In this document: positions 62,162 through 64,000 of the stretch, in pieces
Layout: the number at the start of each line of letters is the position of its first letter
How positions within the stretch are numbered: the first letter of the stretch is position 1
DNA from: an uncultured Methanosarcinales archaeon
GTDB taxonomy: Archaea; Nanobdellota; Nanobdellia; Woesearchaeales; CAXGTL01
Direction of reading: 5' to 3'
DNA length: 64,000 nucleotides
Assembly (NCBI GenBank): GCA_964535955.1
Contig: CAZHVK010000003.1
Coordinates: forward strand, 1 to 64,000
Notes under the pieces: model-generated
Databases searched by the model: none
What the model saw: the letters and a program-made list of their open reading frames with translations, nothing else
Told to the model about the DNA's origin: nothing
Made by a program: the position numbers and the translations under genes

Positions 62162-64000
62162 ATGCAACAAAAAAAACCTAATGAAAAACCTGGCAAAACT
62201 AAAAAAACAATAGACCAAGATAGTCAACAGACCAAAAAAAAAGATCAAGAAGAAAAAAAAAAAGAAACAAAAGAAAAAATAATCATAAGAGTGATAGAAG
62301 ATGAGATGAAAGAATCTTATCTAAGTTATGCAATGTCAGTTATAGTCAGCAGAGCACTACCAGATGTAAGAGATGGATTAAAACCAGTCCATAGAAGGAT
62401 TCTTTTTGCAATGCATGAGATGGGTATGTACCCAAACAAACCATTTAAAAAATCAGCTAGAATTGTTGGTGAAGTTCTGGGAAAATTTCATCCACATGGA
62501 GATATGTCTGTGTATGATGCTATGGTTAGAATGGCACAACCATGGTCATTAAGATATCCCCTTGTCCAAGGTCAAGGAAATTTTGGTTCTATTGATGGGG
62601 ATAGTGCAGCTGCCCACAGGTATTGTATTACAGGAGATTCTTTAATATTAACTGAAAAAGGAATTATTCCTATAGAGGAGATCTCCAATGAAAAAGAAGG
62701 TAAGATTAACATAAAAATTTTATCTTATGATGGGAAAAAGAACAAAGCTTCCAAATTCTTTAATTCTGGAAAACATAAAATAATCAAGATTTTAACAAAA
62801 ACAGGATACTCTCTTGAAGGGTCTTATAATCATCCTATTTTAACATGGAAAGTTGGCCCAAATTTTAAGCCAATGATTTCATGGAAGTTATTAGAGGACC
62901 TAAACAAAGATGATATTATTATAATAAATAGAAAAAATAACTTATTTTCAAATAGATCAACAAAACTTAAAAAGTATTTTCCAAAAAAAGGTTTCAAAAA
63001 TGAAATAGGATTACCATCTAAAATGAATAATGATTTAGCTTTTCTATTGGGAGCCTTGGTTAGTGAAGGATGTTTTCATAATAAACAAATCTTATTTAAT
63101 AATAAAGATAAAGAATTTTATAATAAGGTTAAATCAATTATTTTATCTCAGTTCAAAGGAATCCAATTATATGAAAGGAATATAAAAGGGAAATGTAAAG
63201 AATTAAGTATTTATGAACAAAAAGTAGTATTATTTTTAAAAAATATAGGATTAAAAAATAAGAAATCTCATGAAAAAGAGATTCCATTCTCAGTCTTATT
63301 ATCAAAAAAAGAACATGTAAAAAGATTTCTAATAAGTTTATTTGAGGGAGATGGAAGTGTTATTTTTATTAAGGATAAAAGACATAATGGGAGAAGTATT
63401 CAATTAACTTATGATTCAAAAAGTGAGAAATTAATCAAACAACTTAAAATAGTTTTATTAAACTTTGGAATTGTATCAAATTACCCAAGTATTGATAAAA
63501 GATGTAATTGCCTAAAATTATGCATTTCCTCGCATAAGAATATAAATCAATTCAATAAAGAAATAGGATTCTTTTCCAATAGAAAAAGAAAAACACTTAA
63601 ATTAATAGAAAAAATAAACCCAGCAAGATTAAGTAAAATTGATTTTATTCCTTTTCTAAATGATTATTTAAGATATAAATATAATTCAATGTTTATTGAA
63701 AAAAATAATTTTGATAGATATAATTCATTAAAGAAGAATTATGTAAAGCTTATCAAAATAATTAGTAAAGAAGATAAATATTTGATTGATTGGTTATTGA
63801 AGAATGAATTTTATTTTGATCAATCAATAGACATTAAGAAATTAAGAGATAAAAAGTATGTATATTCAATTAAAGTTAATAGTAAATGTCATTCCTTTAT
63901 TGCAAATGGGTTTGTTAACCATAACACAGAAGCACGCCTATCAAAAATATCTACAGAATTATTAACAGACATTGAAAAAAAAACAGTTGATTTTCAACCT
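62162..64000 (+). CDS. gyrA: DNA gyrase subunit A precursor, intein-containing (3'-truncated; absent from the ORF track)
   Basis: Read manually, open to the window end: [64 protein letters not shown]|intein|TEARL. Confidence 0.95.
   Translation, partial: MQQKKPNEKPGKTKKTIDQDSQQTKKKDQEEKKKETKEKIIIRVIEDEMKESYLSYAMSVIVSRALPDVRDGLKPVHRRILFAMHEMGMYPNKPFKKSARIVGEVLGKFHPHGDMSVYDAMVRMAQPWSLRYPLVQGQGNFGSIDGDSAAAHRYCITGDSLILTEKGIIPIEEISNEKEGKINIKILSYDGKKNKASKFFNSGKHKIIKILTKTGYSLEGSYNHPILTWKVGPNFKPMISWKLLEDLNKDDIIIINRKNNLFSNRSTKLKKYFPKKGFKNEIGLPSKMNNDLAFLLGALVSEGCFHNKQILFNNKDKEFYNKVKSIILSQFKGIQLYERNIKGKCKELSIYEQKVVLFLKNIGLKNKKSHEKEIPFSVLLSKKEHVKRFLISLFEGDGSVIFIKDKRHNGRSIQLTYDSKSEKLIKQLKIVLLNFGIVSNYPSIDKRCNCLKLCISSHKNINQFNKEIGFFSNRKRKTLKLIEKINPARLSKIDFIPFLNDYLRYKYNSMFIEKNNFDRYNSLKKNYVKLIKIISKEDKYLIDWLLKNEFYFDQSIDIKKLRDKKYVYSIKVNSKCHSFIANGFVNHNTEARLSKISTELLTDIEKKTVDFQP
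62624..63925 (+). mobile_element. 434-aa intein with LAGLIDADG homing endonuclease in GyrA
   Basis: Starts CITGDSLI, block B GSYNHPIL, endonuclease motifs [12 protein letters not shown] and [10 protein letters not shown], ends [12 protein letters not shown] followed by Thr; in frame with no stops. Confidence 0.95.

Noticed and set aside
1..64000. tRNA, rRNA, transposases, integrases, alternative genetic code
   Set aside because: No GC-rich structured RNA gene or recombinase motifs seen; conserved genes are intact under the standard code and use TAA, TAG and TGA as stops

Overview
AT-rich archaeal chromosomal segment. It is most consistent with a DPANN/Nanobdellota (Woesearchaeota-like) organism; this is inferred from archaeal FEN1, RFC-S, pelota, Rpp30, TrmB, TATA-led leaderless genes and many class III signal-peptide proteins. 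Housekeeping genes are fen1, a trm5 with an inserted TIM barrel, rfcS, pelA, pta, trmB, rnp3, scpB and an intein-containing gyrA that runs off the right end. Three accessory blocks lie among them. (1) 11.1-19.4 kb: three paralogous lipoproteins plus a membrane protein ending in a lytic transglycosylase domain. (2) 22.9-46.8 kb: a ~24 kb minus-strand run of pilin-like proteins and two giant Cys/Asp-rich surface proteins (~3480 and 2501 aa). (3) 47.0-56.5 kb, the most notable block: a His-Xaa-Ser RiPP-like cluster with five radical SAM enzymes (one fused to an arginase-family domain), two HxsD-like proteins, a prepilin peptidase and a precursor with a secretion/Flp-pilin-like leader and a C-terminal HSSHSSHASH motif. 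Non-coding oddities are a tandem array of four palindromes upstream of the largest gene and a G-rich leader element present twice. No rRNA, tRNA, CRISPR array or transposase was recognised. All family calls come from motif recognition by eye; no database search was run.
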